Positions 23,580-35,625 of a stretch of 64,000 nucleotides of DNA are shown in pieces. The stretch is from Chiloscyllium plagiosum (taxonomy: Eukaryota). Every line of letters begins with the position of its first letter. The stretch's first letter is position 1. The translations under genes and the position numbers were made by a program. The stretch covers positions 56,805,166 to 56,869,165 of the forward strand of contig NC_057718.1 of assembly GCF_004010195.1 (NCBI RefSeq), written 5' to 3'. The notes beneath the pieces are model-generated. The model searched no databases. It was given only the letters and a program-made list of their open reading frames with translations, and was not told where the DNA came from.

Positions 23580-24395
23580 TGCAGAATATTGTAGATGTTG
23601 GAAGTCAGAAATAAAATATAAAATGCTGGAAATACTCAGCAAGTCTGGCAGTATCTGTGGTTAGAAAAAAAAAGTGCTGGTGAATGGCCTGAGTGATTTC
23701 ATTTAAAATGGAATGCTAGAAAACATCCCAGAAAATGGTTCCAAACATTTTTTATGGAAAGAAAGCAAACTTATCATTTCTGATCTAGCAACCTTTCTTC
23801 AGAACTGATTGAAGCTAGGAAAAGGTTGGTATAGATGCTAAAGATGAGGCGAGGGTGAAAGAGTAAATGATAGGTGGAGATGGAGCCCAGAGAGAGAAAA
23901 GCAACTGGGCAGACAAAGGTATGGGTTAAGACAAGCTTGGGAGAATGAAGAACAGGTAATGGGGACTGTTAGTGGCTGACAATACATTGTTTGTGGTAGC
24001 AGCCCATGTGATGACAAAGCCTGGCATATAGAAATTCTGGTAAACACATGGGTGAAGGTGCTTAAACGCTAAAAGTGTTGAACCTGATGTTGAGCCCAGA
24101 AGATTGCAAGGCTTCTACGCAGAAATTGAGGTGGTGTTCTTCCAGCTTGTGCTATGCTGTATGGAGCACTATAGTGAGCCTGAAAGAGAGGTGTTTGGCA
24201 GGGAACACGTTAGTATGTTGAAGTGGCAGGCAACTGGAGGATCAGACTCATTTCCGAGGACAGAATAGAGATGTTGTGCAAAGCAATCACCCAGTCAGTG
24301 CTTCGTCTCCCCAACGTAGAGGAGACCACATTGCGAGCAGTGAACAAAATAGATCAGATTCAATGAAATGCAGATAAATTGCTGCTTCAGCAGTG
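23580..24395 (-). mobile_element. Old PLE 3' fragment (GIY-YIG remnant and terminal repeat)
   Basis: Minus strand CSQCGLLYVGET motif (cgtctccccaacgtagaggagaccacattgcgagca) and terminal tgctggaaatactcagcaagtctggcag block. Confidence 0.7.
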
Positions 24396-24535
24396 AATAC
24401 TAGTAAAGAGATCTTGCGTTGTATAGAACTCTGGTGAGACCACATTTGGGTTACTGTGTGCTATTTTGGTCTCTTTCCCAAGGATATACCTGCCACAAAG
24501 GAAACACAGCAGAAGTTAACCAGATTAATTCTAGG

Positions 24536-25122
24536 TGTAATGTTAAACGATCGAATGGGAATATCTCTCTGGACATTAATATAATATTAAAGGATTAAAC
24601 TGCATGGTGTTTGGGTGGGGACGACAATCATGAAAGAATGCGGATGACTATCCAGTGTAATTTACACTTCATTTAGACAGCCATTTGCTATTAATCCCCT
24701 GCTATTGTCAAGTTATCATTCAATCTCTTTCATTCAAAGGTATGTTGCACCTGCATTGTCTTGGGAATCACTGAGTCAGGAAATCATCTGCATAACAATT
24801 CCCACAATATGGGCATGAGCATTTGCTTTATCTCGGAGGATGATCTCATCCTGCCATTGTACATGGGATAACATGTGACTGAGTGTGACTGGGGGTTGTC
24901 TCGGGTGGCATGTCACTGTGGGGGAGTGGCCAGAACATCTGTAAGCATTGCCAACTGACCTGTATAAAGGGGATGTGCTTTCTTTGTTCAGGGCCTCACC
25001 TTTGACTCAACCTCGCACGCCTGACAGGGGGTCCAAGAGGTCACCTAGCTTGTAAAAGCTTTCATAAACTTTAAGTGTTTGCAAAGTTGGTGTGAGCGAA
25101 TTCTCAGGAAAAGAACCTAACA
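24536..25122 (+). mobile_element. Solo LTR (587 bp) inserted in a CR1 3' fragment
   Basis: TGT...ACA termini; 5-bp TSD ctagg/ctggg; TATAAA at about 24963; CR1 sequence (agattaatt|ctgggatggcaggactg) rejoins when the insert is removed. Confidence 0.75.
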
Positions 25123-26415
25123 CTGGGATGGCAGGACTGTACTATGAGGAAAGATCGAGAGACTGGGTGTGTATTCATTGAAGGCTGAAGAATGAGAGGT
25201 AATTTCAGAAATTTACAAAATTCTTAAAGGGTTAGACAGGATGGATGGGGAAAGGGTGTTATCCTCTGGCTGGGGAGATAGAGGTACAGAAAAAGGGAAT
25301 ACAGTCTTAGAATGAGAACAACCTACATGGATTGAAATGAGAAGGTGTTTCTTCAGTAAACGACAGAGTGAATATTTGGAATTCTTTACCCCAGAGGGCT
25401 GCTGAAGCTCAGTTAGAATATTCTTAAGATAGAGACAAACAGATTTCTGGACACTAATGGGATATAGGAAATTACAGGGAAAAGGAATTGATCATCCATA
25501 ATCTAAAGTGACAGAGGGGACTCCAGAGCTGAATGGCCTACTACTACTCTTATGTTCCTAATAGTATTTAGAAAAACTTTACAAGCTCAAGCAATGCATA
25601 AAACATAAAACTTTAACAAATAAAAGTTTACATTCTCCTGAAACTTAATATGTACACAATTAAGAAGTGTGCCAAAATGATTAAAATTGACAATTACATC
25701 ATAAGTGGCTATCATATCTGTAGGTAAACCTAAAATTTATACATATAAGCTTATTAAATTTTCATCGACATCATCCTTGTCATTACACAATGCTAATTTC
25801 CAATTGATTCTAAATCTCTGGAAACTGTTTCATCCATTAATTTTTCTGTCTTATTATCTTATCTATAACTTATGCTTTCAATCTGGATCATTACTTCATG
25901 ACATATTGGACTGGATTTTAATTTCATGGAGGAGACAGGTTTGAAGGTAGGCTTGCCAGCAAATTTGTGTCGGTAAGTGATATGTCAGTTTCCCAAGATG
26001 GTCTCACCATCCAGTGATTTGATGGAGGCATAATATCATGGGTCATAGTAGATTGTCAATTAATCTGTTGAGACATGCTAAGATTCATGTTTGGGCAGGT
26101 GGGACTTGAACCTGGATCGTTTGGCCCAGGAGGTCGGTAACTATCACTGTTCATAAAGGCTTAAGTCACAGTGGATTCTTTTTAAAATTGACTTGTTCAG
26201 ACAGGTTATGAAACAATTCTGAAGCAGGTACACCAGACGTAAGGACACTACCATCAAGTCACAAAAGCTCACCTAAAGCCTTCAAGAGGGCACTGGACAG
26301 TGTCTTTTTGATTGACAATTGCAGGTATATGGGAAACGGCAGATGAGTGACACTAGATATACGGCTGGTACACACATTACAGCACCATAATAAGTCTGCA
26401 ATTCTGTGAGATTAT

Positions 26416-27178
26416 TGTAACCAACCTGAAAATGGAGGGTAGGGGTAACACTGGAAATTAATCCCCATCACAGAAGTTAAAGATTTTAAAAAGTACGCAA
26501 AATTACCAAGTTACCTGACTTTCAGAGTCAGGTTGCCAGAAAGCATGGATCAGGTTTCTGTACTTAACAAGAATTACTGTTTATTACAATTAAATAGATT
26601 CTAGTGACAGGTAAACAATGGCATACAGCTCTACTAATTAAAACATTCATCCCTTTATTAACTGCCCCTCACACAGACATACATACACATACAGGCAGGA
26701 AGGAGGACACCAATGTTAACAGGCAGCCAGAAAACCAGGAAAACAGTTGTGGTCTCTGTTCATAGGATCTGATTAGGGGTTCTCAGTCTTCCTGCTACAG
26801 ATACTTTCACTGGTTTGCAAGAGACACCAGCTGGCTGGTTTGCACTTATATATAAGTCTCTCACTTATTCCTTCGAAGTTATAGCTAACAGCAGCTGCTG
26901 AAGCAAACATAAACGGGCTTTCTTCAGATTAAAGCGGCCTTTACTGCGGAAAACAAAGACAGCCCAAGCTGTTCAGCTATTTAAAAGCCAACCACATATT
27001 TGTTGGAGGTTCTAAGGCCTTTCTCATTGATAATTAGTCACCAGTCCAGAGACCAGACTAAAGCTCCATTTGCACACAATCCAGCTCATCTGCAAATAAC
27101 ATTTTAAGAACTGCTGGCACTCATTTTCTAGTTTAATCCTTGATTTTCAAAGCTGTTCTTTTCAAATTTCAGTTCACA
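26416..27178 (-). mobile_element. Probable solo LTR (763 bp)
   Basis: TGTAAC...GTTCACA termini; imperfect TSD attat/attag; minus-strand TATA (ttatatataa at about 26846) upstream of minus-strand AATAAA (about 26580 and 26654). Confidence 0.45.
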
Positions 27179-30100
27179 ATTAGAAATACAGAAAATTAAA
27201 AAGTCAGTCTTTACAGAGTCATCACCTGAGGCAGCTAACGAGCCATCGAAAGCTTGTTGCAGGGGCGTTTGATACTTTGGAAGCAATGCACAGGTAACAG
27301 ACTGCTTCAGCAACATATTCAAGTGGTTGCTTAATAAAAATTCAGGGAAGGTGCAATTACTGACCCTGCCAAAACTGTGGAGAAGCAAAAAGGAGCTCCT
27401 GCAGCAGAACGTAGTGGTCACTGCATGAACAGAGTAAGTGTGTCATCCCTAGATATGAGATTTAGCTACTGAGTTTGGTGACAAGTCATAATGGAAAAGG
27501 AGCAGCAATAACAATAACAAATGTAGTCCTTTGGTGCAATCTGACGTATGACTACCAAAGGCATTCAGTTCAGGCTGGAGAAGTGCCATGACGTTTTTAT
27601 CCTGTGTTAACTGCAAGAACGCAGTTCAAGTCAGGATAACACTATATGCTTTAGAACAAGTGCTATCACAACTGCTGCCAATAAGGGCACAAGAGGCCAC
27701 TACGTAGTTTGCCATGAGAACACTTAAAAATGAGGTAACACTGCATTGGCTGAGCGAAAGTTGGAAGTAGGGGAGGAAGTCTATCCAGTACATTCCCTCA
27801 AGCTTTTCTTGATTGATGGTAGCCCCCTAAATAAGTATTGACATTAAGGATGAAGATATGGAGTAGCAGAATACTTTGTCTGGAGAGATGAAGGAGGAAG
27901 ACATGGTTTCAAACAGTGAGCACGCATGCAAAGCTTTCCACAGGGTAAATGAAGGATTAAACCATTGACTAATTTGGGCCAAAGTAATCTAGACATGATT
28001 TTCGCCTTCAAGGTTCATCCAGGATGGCAACTGCCATGAAGGTACATATTTCACACAAGGTGCTGCAAAATCTAAGTGATAGCTATGCAAAACTGTCTCT
28101 TGTTTCCCCAGACCTAGAACTGACACAGTTTCCTCTACCATCCACTTTTGTGTCACACATAACTTCATTATACCGATATGCCTACAACAGTGAGATCACA
28201 CAATTCAGGGTGCAACCAACCATTTCATTACACTGATATTTAAATTTAATAAACAAACGGGTGCTCCAGTTTCCTCCCATAATCAAGGTGGTACCTCAGT
28301 GTTCAGGGTGACTGATATCGAAGATGCCAGTGAGGGGGAGCACCTTTGACATAATCTCTGCTTGCCCAGCCGTTCAGTAACAGTGTTTGAGGGAAGTAGC
28401 AGCTAGAGAAAATCTGGTAGCCCATACATGAATCCTTGCGTCATCAGTGCAACTAATTTGCCGATGCTCCAGAATTCAGCATGCATTCCAGGTTTGACTG
28501 TAAGATGCCCCTGCATTCATTTAGCATGACAACCATGACATAGTGGAGCTCATCAGATAAGCAAACTCTACCATTCTTTACACAGCTTTGGGAAACTGAC
28601 ATTCAGGCACATTGTCCTGTTGTTGCTTCAAAAAGATTTGCCTTGACTGTGATCCCTAGGGCTCAACATCTCTGCTCAATTGTGCATGGCTGTGTCTGTA
28701 GCAATTGCCGAAAGCTGCCTCCGCCTCCTTCACCATATCATGCTTAAAATGATAAGTGCTGGTCATCATGTGTCCTCCAGTTTAAACTACTGTGACATAT
28801 CACAGTCTGTGTGGAGTTTGCACATTCTCCCCGTGTCTGCGTGGGTTTCCTCACAGGGCATTGGGAGAAAGCAGGCTTATGGCACGGAGATAAAAGATCA
28901 GCAATAATCACATTGAATGGCCTACTCTTGGTCCGATTTCTGTTTACAGTTTCCCTTGCAGTTGACAAACTCACTTTTCTGTGTCATCAGCAAACTTTAA
29001 AATTGCATTTTGTATATCAAAGTGCAAACCGCATAAATACAATGAACAGAAGTGGATCCAAAATACCTCTGGGACACAAAACTTCAACATTTCTAAAATC
29101 CTTTTTTTCCTCTTATGACAACCAACTCTCTGTCCATACTGAAACATTTCCTCTTGCATCATTTTTATGTTGTCATGGGATGTGGGTGTCACTAGTAATG
29201 TCAATGTTTATTATCCATCCCTAATTGCTCTTGAATGGTGTAGCTTGCTAGGCCATTTCATACGGCAGTTAAAAGTCAACCACATTATTTGGGTCTGAAT
29301 TCATTTGTAGGCCAGCCCAGGTAAGGATGCCAGATTTCCTTGCCTAAATGGATACCAGTGAACCAGATGGGTTTTTAAATGGTAAATAATGATTTCATGG
29401 TCATTATGTGGGATAAGCTTTATATCCCAACTGCAGTGATATGCCTAAATTTGTTTAATGAGCATCTTATGATATAAATGATTAAACACATTCTCAAAAT
29501 CCATGTAAGTTATGTCAACTGCATGTCCTTTGTTCTTCTCTTCTTCAAAACTTCTTACTAAATTTGTTAAACGTCTTGCCTATCTTTTGACAAGTTAATG
29601 AGGCTAGTTAGACAGATAATGTATGATTCAAGTTAATGCCAACAAGGAGTTCAATCCTGACTTTGAGATTTAGAAACTGCCTGTATGCCACACCCTACCC
29701 ATAGTAAAACATCATTACATTCTGCCATGGTTCAGTGAATATTTACCAAGGTTCTGCCTTGAAGCAGAGAACTGAGGAAAATCCACAAGAATTACAATCT
29801 TTTGGTTAGGTGACACCTATATAATATTGCACAGAATAAGTGATTTCAATATTTTATTTGAAAAGACAGACAACTTATTAATCAAGGTTTTAAATCTCTA
29901 TAGGGCTTACTTTGAAGGTTTAGTACAGAAATGCTGCAAAAGCCTCTAAGTAACCCTTGATACAATAAATAACTTTGATCAAAAGAAATGAAAACTGTAT
30001 GAAACTAGAAGGCAGAGTTTATACAATAGCTGAGAGTAATGGAGATCCCAAAGACTGGGAAAGATATAAAGAAGAAAAAATTTGCAAAGTGTGTAGTGAC

Positions 30101-31139
30101 AGTTGCAGAAAGAGTAGAATATAATAAAAAATGTGTTATCAAGGACAACAGAAACTTTTGTAAGTATAATACAAAATAGATGATGTTAAAGGCAATGTCC
30201 CAAAAACAGATGCATGCAATATGATGACCGGAAATAAAGAAATGACAGGATAAATGGTTACTTTGTTATCGATCAATACAGTAGAGAAAAATTTTAAGTA
30301 CCAGAGATAAAAAGAAAATGGAGTATAAATCTGGGTAATGAACTTACCAGACTTAACACAAGTTTATAAAGAAGGTAAGGGGAAAAGGGGAAAATATTGA
30401 TAAATCTGCAGCACGTGATGGCTTACACTCCAAGAGTTTAAAAAAAGTAGGAAACAGAAAAATTGCAGAGATCTTAAACATCATATTCTAAAACTCTTGA
30501 TTTTGCAACTAGCTGCTTGGAATGGAAAACTGCCAATGTCATATCACTTAAGAAGTGTGTTAGAGATAAACCAAGAAATTTGAGACTTTTTAGTCTAATA
30601 TCTGCTATGAAAAAGTAGCACGATTACTAATAAGAAACAAATTGGCTGAGCAAATACAAATTGATCAGAAAACATTAAATCTAGTTAAAACCAACTAATA
30701 GACTGAACAGTTAATATTTCAGAGCTTAAGACAGTAGAAAATGTATGCAATAAATAGCTGTCAGTTTTTAGACATCCTTTTATTACAGTTAAACACACCA
30801 GATCTTCAAAGTGATGACAGTAATGGAAATCTATTTTTGCTAATGATTAATACAAATGGGTTTCTGCAACTGAATTAGGCCCAGGTGTGCTAATAATGCA
30901 ATAACCTCGAGTCTTTAGTTCTATAGATGTATAAAAATGTTATAAATTTCATCCGAAGTGTTTGGGCATTGTAATCATTGGTAAATCCATTGGGAATAGG
31001 TTGAAAAACTGTAGCCTAAGAAATCAAAAATAAATTGCTGAAATAATGCAGTAGTAACAATGATTAGTGTTGCCATCAAAAATCAACTCGGAATTCAAAC
31101 ATACAATTTTCTTAAAATTTGCTTTTATTTCCTATTATA

Positions 31140-32190
31140 GTGTAAGTAACTTTGCAGATGACACCAACATTAGTGGTGTAGTAGTGAAGAAGGTTCTTTT
31201 AAGAGTAAAGACGGTTTGAGGAAAGACGGATGGAGTTTAATTTAGATAAATGAGAGGTGTTGCATCATGGTAAAGCAAATCAGGACAAAATGTATTCACT
31301 TAATAGTTGGATCCTAAAGGGTGTTGCTAAACAAAGAGACCATGGGGTGGAGGCTCATAGTTCCTTGAAGGTGGAGTTTCAGGTAGATAGGGTAGAGAGC
31401 TGAAAATGTGTTGCTGGAAAAGCGCAGTAGGTCAGGCAGCATCCAAGGAACAGGAGAATCGACGTTTCGGGCATAAGCCCTTCTTCAGGAAACCTTCTTC
31501 GGGCTTATGCCCGAAACATCGATTCTCCTGCTCCTTGGATGCTGCCTGACCTGCTGCGCTTTTCCAGCAACACATTTTCAGCTCTGATCTCCAGCATCTG
31601 CAGCCCTCACTTTCTCCTCGAAGATAGGGTAGAGAGGAAAGATTTGGTATGCTTCCCTTTATTGGTCAGTGCATGGAGTATAGGAGCTGGGATATCATGT
31701 TGCGACTTTGGTGAGGCCACTTTGGAATACTGTATTCAATTCTGGTCTTGCTGATAAAAGAAATATATTATTAAAGTTGAAAGGGTTCAGAAAAGATTTG
31801 CTGGGGTCAGAGGACTTGATCTACAGTGAGAGGCTGAATAGGCTGGAGTATTTCCCCTGGAGCATTGGAGGCTGAGGGGTGACCTTATAAAAGCATGATA
31901 GGCATGAATGGGGTGAATTGCTACGGTCTTTTTCCTAGGGTAGGGCAATCCAAAACTAGAGGGCAACATTTTCATGCAGTGGGTAGTGCATGTACGTAAT
32001 GAGGTGCCAGAGGACGTAGTGGAAGCTGATACAAAAGACATCTAGAGGGGTACATGCATATGAAGGCTTTAGAGGGATAGATGCCAAATGCTGGCAAATG
32101 GGACGAGATTAATTTAGGATAGCTGATCTGCATAGACGAGTTGCACTGAAGGGTCTGTTTCTGTGCTGTACCACCCAATGACTATGGATT
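31140..32190 (+). mobile_element. CR1 3' fragment (FADDT motif to 3' tail) hosting a hairpin insertion
   Basis: tttgcagatgacacc (FADDT), LEYCIQFWS and tail gggtctgtttctgtgctgta..atgact. Confidence 0.8.
31400..31621. mobile_element. Fold-back PLE-terminus insertion with a consensus hammerhead motif on the minus strand (31461-31488)
   Basis: 15-bp TSD agatagggtagagag at 31385-31399 / 31622-31636; minus strand CTGAAGA-A-GGGC(TTAT)GCCC-GAAA-CG-TC. Confidence 0.9.
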
Positions 32191-32614
32191 TCATATCTAA
32201 ATAACCTGGTTGAACTTGTTGAGGAGGTTGCTGATGTGTCAGATAAGGAAGCATTACAGAAGTTTTATATACATAGAATTCTTGCAGGCATTTGATAAGG
32301 TTTCACACGACACAATATTACCAAAGTAAAAGGTTCATGGAATTAGAGACAATTGTCTGACATTGTTATAAGATTTTGAAGAGGTAGGTGATAGAAAGTA
32401 GAGAAAATTGGTATATGCTACAATTGCCTAGATGTGGTGTAAGGAGATCTCCCAGGAGTCTGTACTGCACCTTCATCTTTCACTATATTTATTGATGAAC
32501 TAGACAAAAGAACATGGAGTCATATACCCAGTTTGTTGATGAACCAAGTTAGGTGGCACCGTAAATTGTGCAGATTAGACTTGAAAATTGCAAAAGAATA
32601 TTGGTGGATTAAAT

Positions 32615-32992
32615 CTGGGTGACAGTAGCATAGTGGTAATGTCACTAGCTTAGTAATTCAGAATCTCAAGCCCATGTACTAAGGACATGAGTTCGAATCC
32701 CTAAAGGGCAAATAGTGAAATTTGAATTCAATCAGAAAAATCTAGAATAAAAAGCTAGCCGAAAGGCAAACATGTAACCACTGTCAATTGTTGTAAAAAC
32801 CGACCTGGTTCACCACCATCGTTTAGGGAAGAAAAGCTGCCATCCTTACCTAGTCTGGCCTATATGTGACCCCAGACCCATTCTAACTGTCCTCTGAGGT
32901 GGTCCTTACAAGCCACTCAGATCAAAAGGCTACCAGAGTTGAGTCATAAGTGCTGGCCCAGCCAGAAACATCCACATCCCATGAATGAATTT
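32615..32992 (+). mobile_element. tRNA-headed SINE with a LINE-shared 3' tail (related inverted copies at about 12440-12745 and 29165-29420)
   Basis: A-box-like tagcatagtggt, B-box gagttcgaatcc, central ctggttcac..tttagggaag..ctgccatccttacct..tggcctatatgtgac, tail gctggcccagccag..ccacatcccatgaatgaa. Confidence 0.7.
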
Positions 32993-33808
32993 TTTCTTTT
33001 AAAAGGAGTGGGCAAAATTGTGACAGATGGAGTTAGTATAGAGACTTGACAGAAAAAAGCTAGGTGGATGTATCAATCGCTTAGAACTGTAGAATAAGTT
33101 CATACCAGTAGTCACTAAAAAAGTAGTGGACGGGTGAAAAACTAATTCAAAATGTTAATGGTATGTTGAAAGAGTTGTGGAAAGGTTACAATTGTACAGA
33201 ACAGTATTGTCCAATCATTTGGCATGGATTGGAAAAAGTGGCACATTTTAGATTTTCTCTTTCTTAGGGGGCTGGTGAACAAACTTAAAAAATGTTTGCT
33301 ACAACAATAACCACGAACTTTGTAAAATTAAAAAGAATAAAGCTTACTTTTGTCTTTTAAGGAGCAGAGCACTTTTTCCCCCTGAAATTGTAATTACTGC
33401 CCCATCTCATCTGCATAGCCTGACTTACAGTTCCCCTCTGCTGACACTCATTGCCTTCTCCCATTGGTGTGACTCTCAGCTTCTTTCCTTTTTCCCAAGC
33501 CAGTGTCTCCTTGAAAGCATCCCATTCCCAGACCCAGATAGTAAACTAAACACCATGATTTGGACTCCCCTCAGACCCAAGCCTTGGGCACTTTACTGCT
33601 TCTCCAATCACAGAATAGCTCTCTCCCACATTTGCTGTTGATAAGCTTATCAGAAAAGTGCCTCTGAATGGAGATGTAGCTTGTTTTCATCTCAGTCTAA
33701 AATCCTTCTTGGGTAAAGTTATCTTATTATTAACTATGGAGACCCGATGAATGATCAGTAAATTTGTCTAACAGAGAAAATGGACACTGCTCCAGGCTGG
33801 ACACTCCT

Positions 33809-33976
33809 AGAATACAGCTTTGATTAGACTGCATTTGGAATATTGGATCCGGTCAGAGCACCAAATCACATGAAGAATATTCTGAAACAGAAACAAGGTG
33901 CTGAAGAATATTCATGTGATTTGGCGCTCAGACCGAATCCAGTATTCCAGATGCAGTCTAACCAAAGCTGTATTCT
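33809..33976. repeat. 66-bp inverted repeat (33809-33874 / 33911-33976), 60/66 identical, 36-nt spacer
   Basis: Direct base comparison; arm sequence looks CR1-derived (ALVRLHLEY-like). Confidence 0.9.
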
Positions 33977-34554
33977 TTGTACAGAGAGGGGAGCAATGTT
34001 AATGCTTTGAATCAAAATAATCTTCATTGAAAAAGAATGTTGTGGAGAGGAGTGCAGTTCAGACATGCCAGAATGATATTGCGACTTAGCAGATTACATT
34101 AGGAATATAAAAATATAGAGTGGTTTAATTGATGGTTAAAATGAATAAAGTATGTGACTGAGTAGAATTAAAGAAACTGTTCCCTTTGATCAGGTAGTTC
34201 AGAACAACTGTGCATACTTTAACATTCTGAAATGTTCTTTTTTCTAGTCATGATTTTCCATTATTGTAATGGATAGGATCTTCAATTGTGAAGGGCTGAT
34301 TGCCCCTACTAAGGGGAAATATTAGCCCTTCATTTTGATCCCAGACCCACAATAGGATTCCAATTGTCTCCGCCCTTCACCCCACCAGGTTTTCTGTTGA
34401 GAAATCATCCTCAAATGATTTTCGTGACCTCTAGCATCATGCTACCACAAACTTTCCATTTCCTCCCTTCCCCTTCTGCCCTTACAATGAGCAGGTTATC
34501 CTCTGTGACAGCCTGGTAACTTAATCACCCAGATAACAAAAATAAGTATCTTAC

Positions 34555-35625
34555 CTCTCTTAATGTCACTAGAGTCTTTTTATCAATAGTTGCCTGTTTA
34601 ACTAGCTCTTTATTGTCTTTTTCTAAATCTTTCAGTCGTCCATGAAGATCTTTAAACTTGTTGATTTCTTTCACAAGTAATTTGTTTTCTTTTTCAAGAT
34701 TAGAAATCGTCATGTTGTTTTCATCCAGTGTTGAGTCCTTGATCTCAGTCTGTTGGCGCAATCTCCTATTTTCTTTCTCAAGCTGCTTCTTGTCTTTCTC
34801 CAGTTGGACATTCTCTTGCTCCAGCAGCTTGTGTTCCATCTCTAATTGTAACAACCGTTTGCTGGAAATTTTTAATTCTTCCAGATTTCTTTGTAAGCTC
34901 TGGTTTTCGGTTTCTAAGTCCTGTAATTCATTTTCCAGCTGATTAATTTTTTTGTTGCTATTTTCTAAAGTCTTTTGGAGCCTATGATTTTCTAAATCAA
35001 GCCCTTGATAACTTACTTCCAAACGTTCAGTTTTCTTATTACAAGCCTTCAAGAGATCCAGGCTCTTGTTTAATTGTTCTTTTTCATTTTCCAGTTCTTT
35101 GTTTTCTAGTTCTAACTGTGCCAATTTGACACTATTAGACTTCAAACTCTCCACTGTCCTCCTCAATTGTAAATTTTCTTCATCAAGTTGGTTGTTTTCT
35201 TTCTCTAATATATCTAACTGCAGTGTAAGGTTTTTCAAGCCATCTAAAGTCTTTTTCAGCTTTCTGTTTTCCACTTCTAGATCAGAGTTCTCCTGTTCCA
35301 AGACTTCGACTTTTTCACATGTAATTATTAGAGCAGTAACCTTCTTCTGCAACTGTTCATTTTCTCTTTCCAAGCGGCTCAAAAGAGTCTCAAGTTCCTT
35401 TGCCCTTTCTCCTTTCTCTTTATAGTGTTCCAATTCCTTTCGGATTTGTTTCTTCTCCAACTCTAATTTGTTCAGTTTGCCACTAGTTTCCCTAATAGAT
35501 TCATGTAGAATTTTGTTTTCTTTCTCGATATCTTTCACTTTAGCTTCTGCACTGATTTGTGCTCGTTGCCTCAGGGATGCAATGGTCTGATTCAAATGTT
35601 CATTTTCCTGCTCCAATACTTTGAT
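34555..35625 (-). CDS. CCDC88A: Girdin (CCDC88A) large coiled-coil exon, 1071 nt / 357 codons, phase 0/0 (IKVLEQENEHLNQTIASLRQRAQISAEAKVKDIEKENKILHESI...ATIDKKTLVTLRE)
   Basis: Uninterrupted heptad-rich ORF; acceptor tctag|ATC (AG at 35627-35626); donor GAG|gtaag (34554-34553). Motifs EQENEHLNQT, KTERLEVSYQGLD and KTLVTLRE are Girdin-like. Confidence 0.96.

Noticed and set aside
27200..28790. Possible old DNA-transposon or unique regulatory sequence
   Set aside because: No recognisable motif, terminal repeat or ORF that I can support; left unannotated.
34658..35425. Plus-strand Ser/Phe-rich ORFs (34658-34942, 35066-35425)
   Set aside because: Antisense shadows of the Glu/Lys/Leu-rich coiled-coil exon.
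34525..35616. 363-aa ORF as a standalone gene
   Set aside because: It starts at TTG inside an exon and runs past the splice donor; it is the internal CCDC88A exon 34555-35625.
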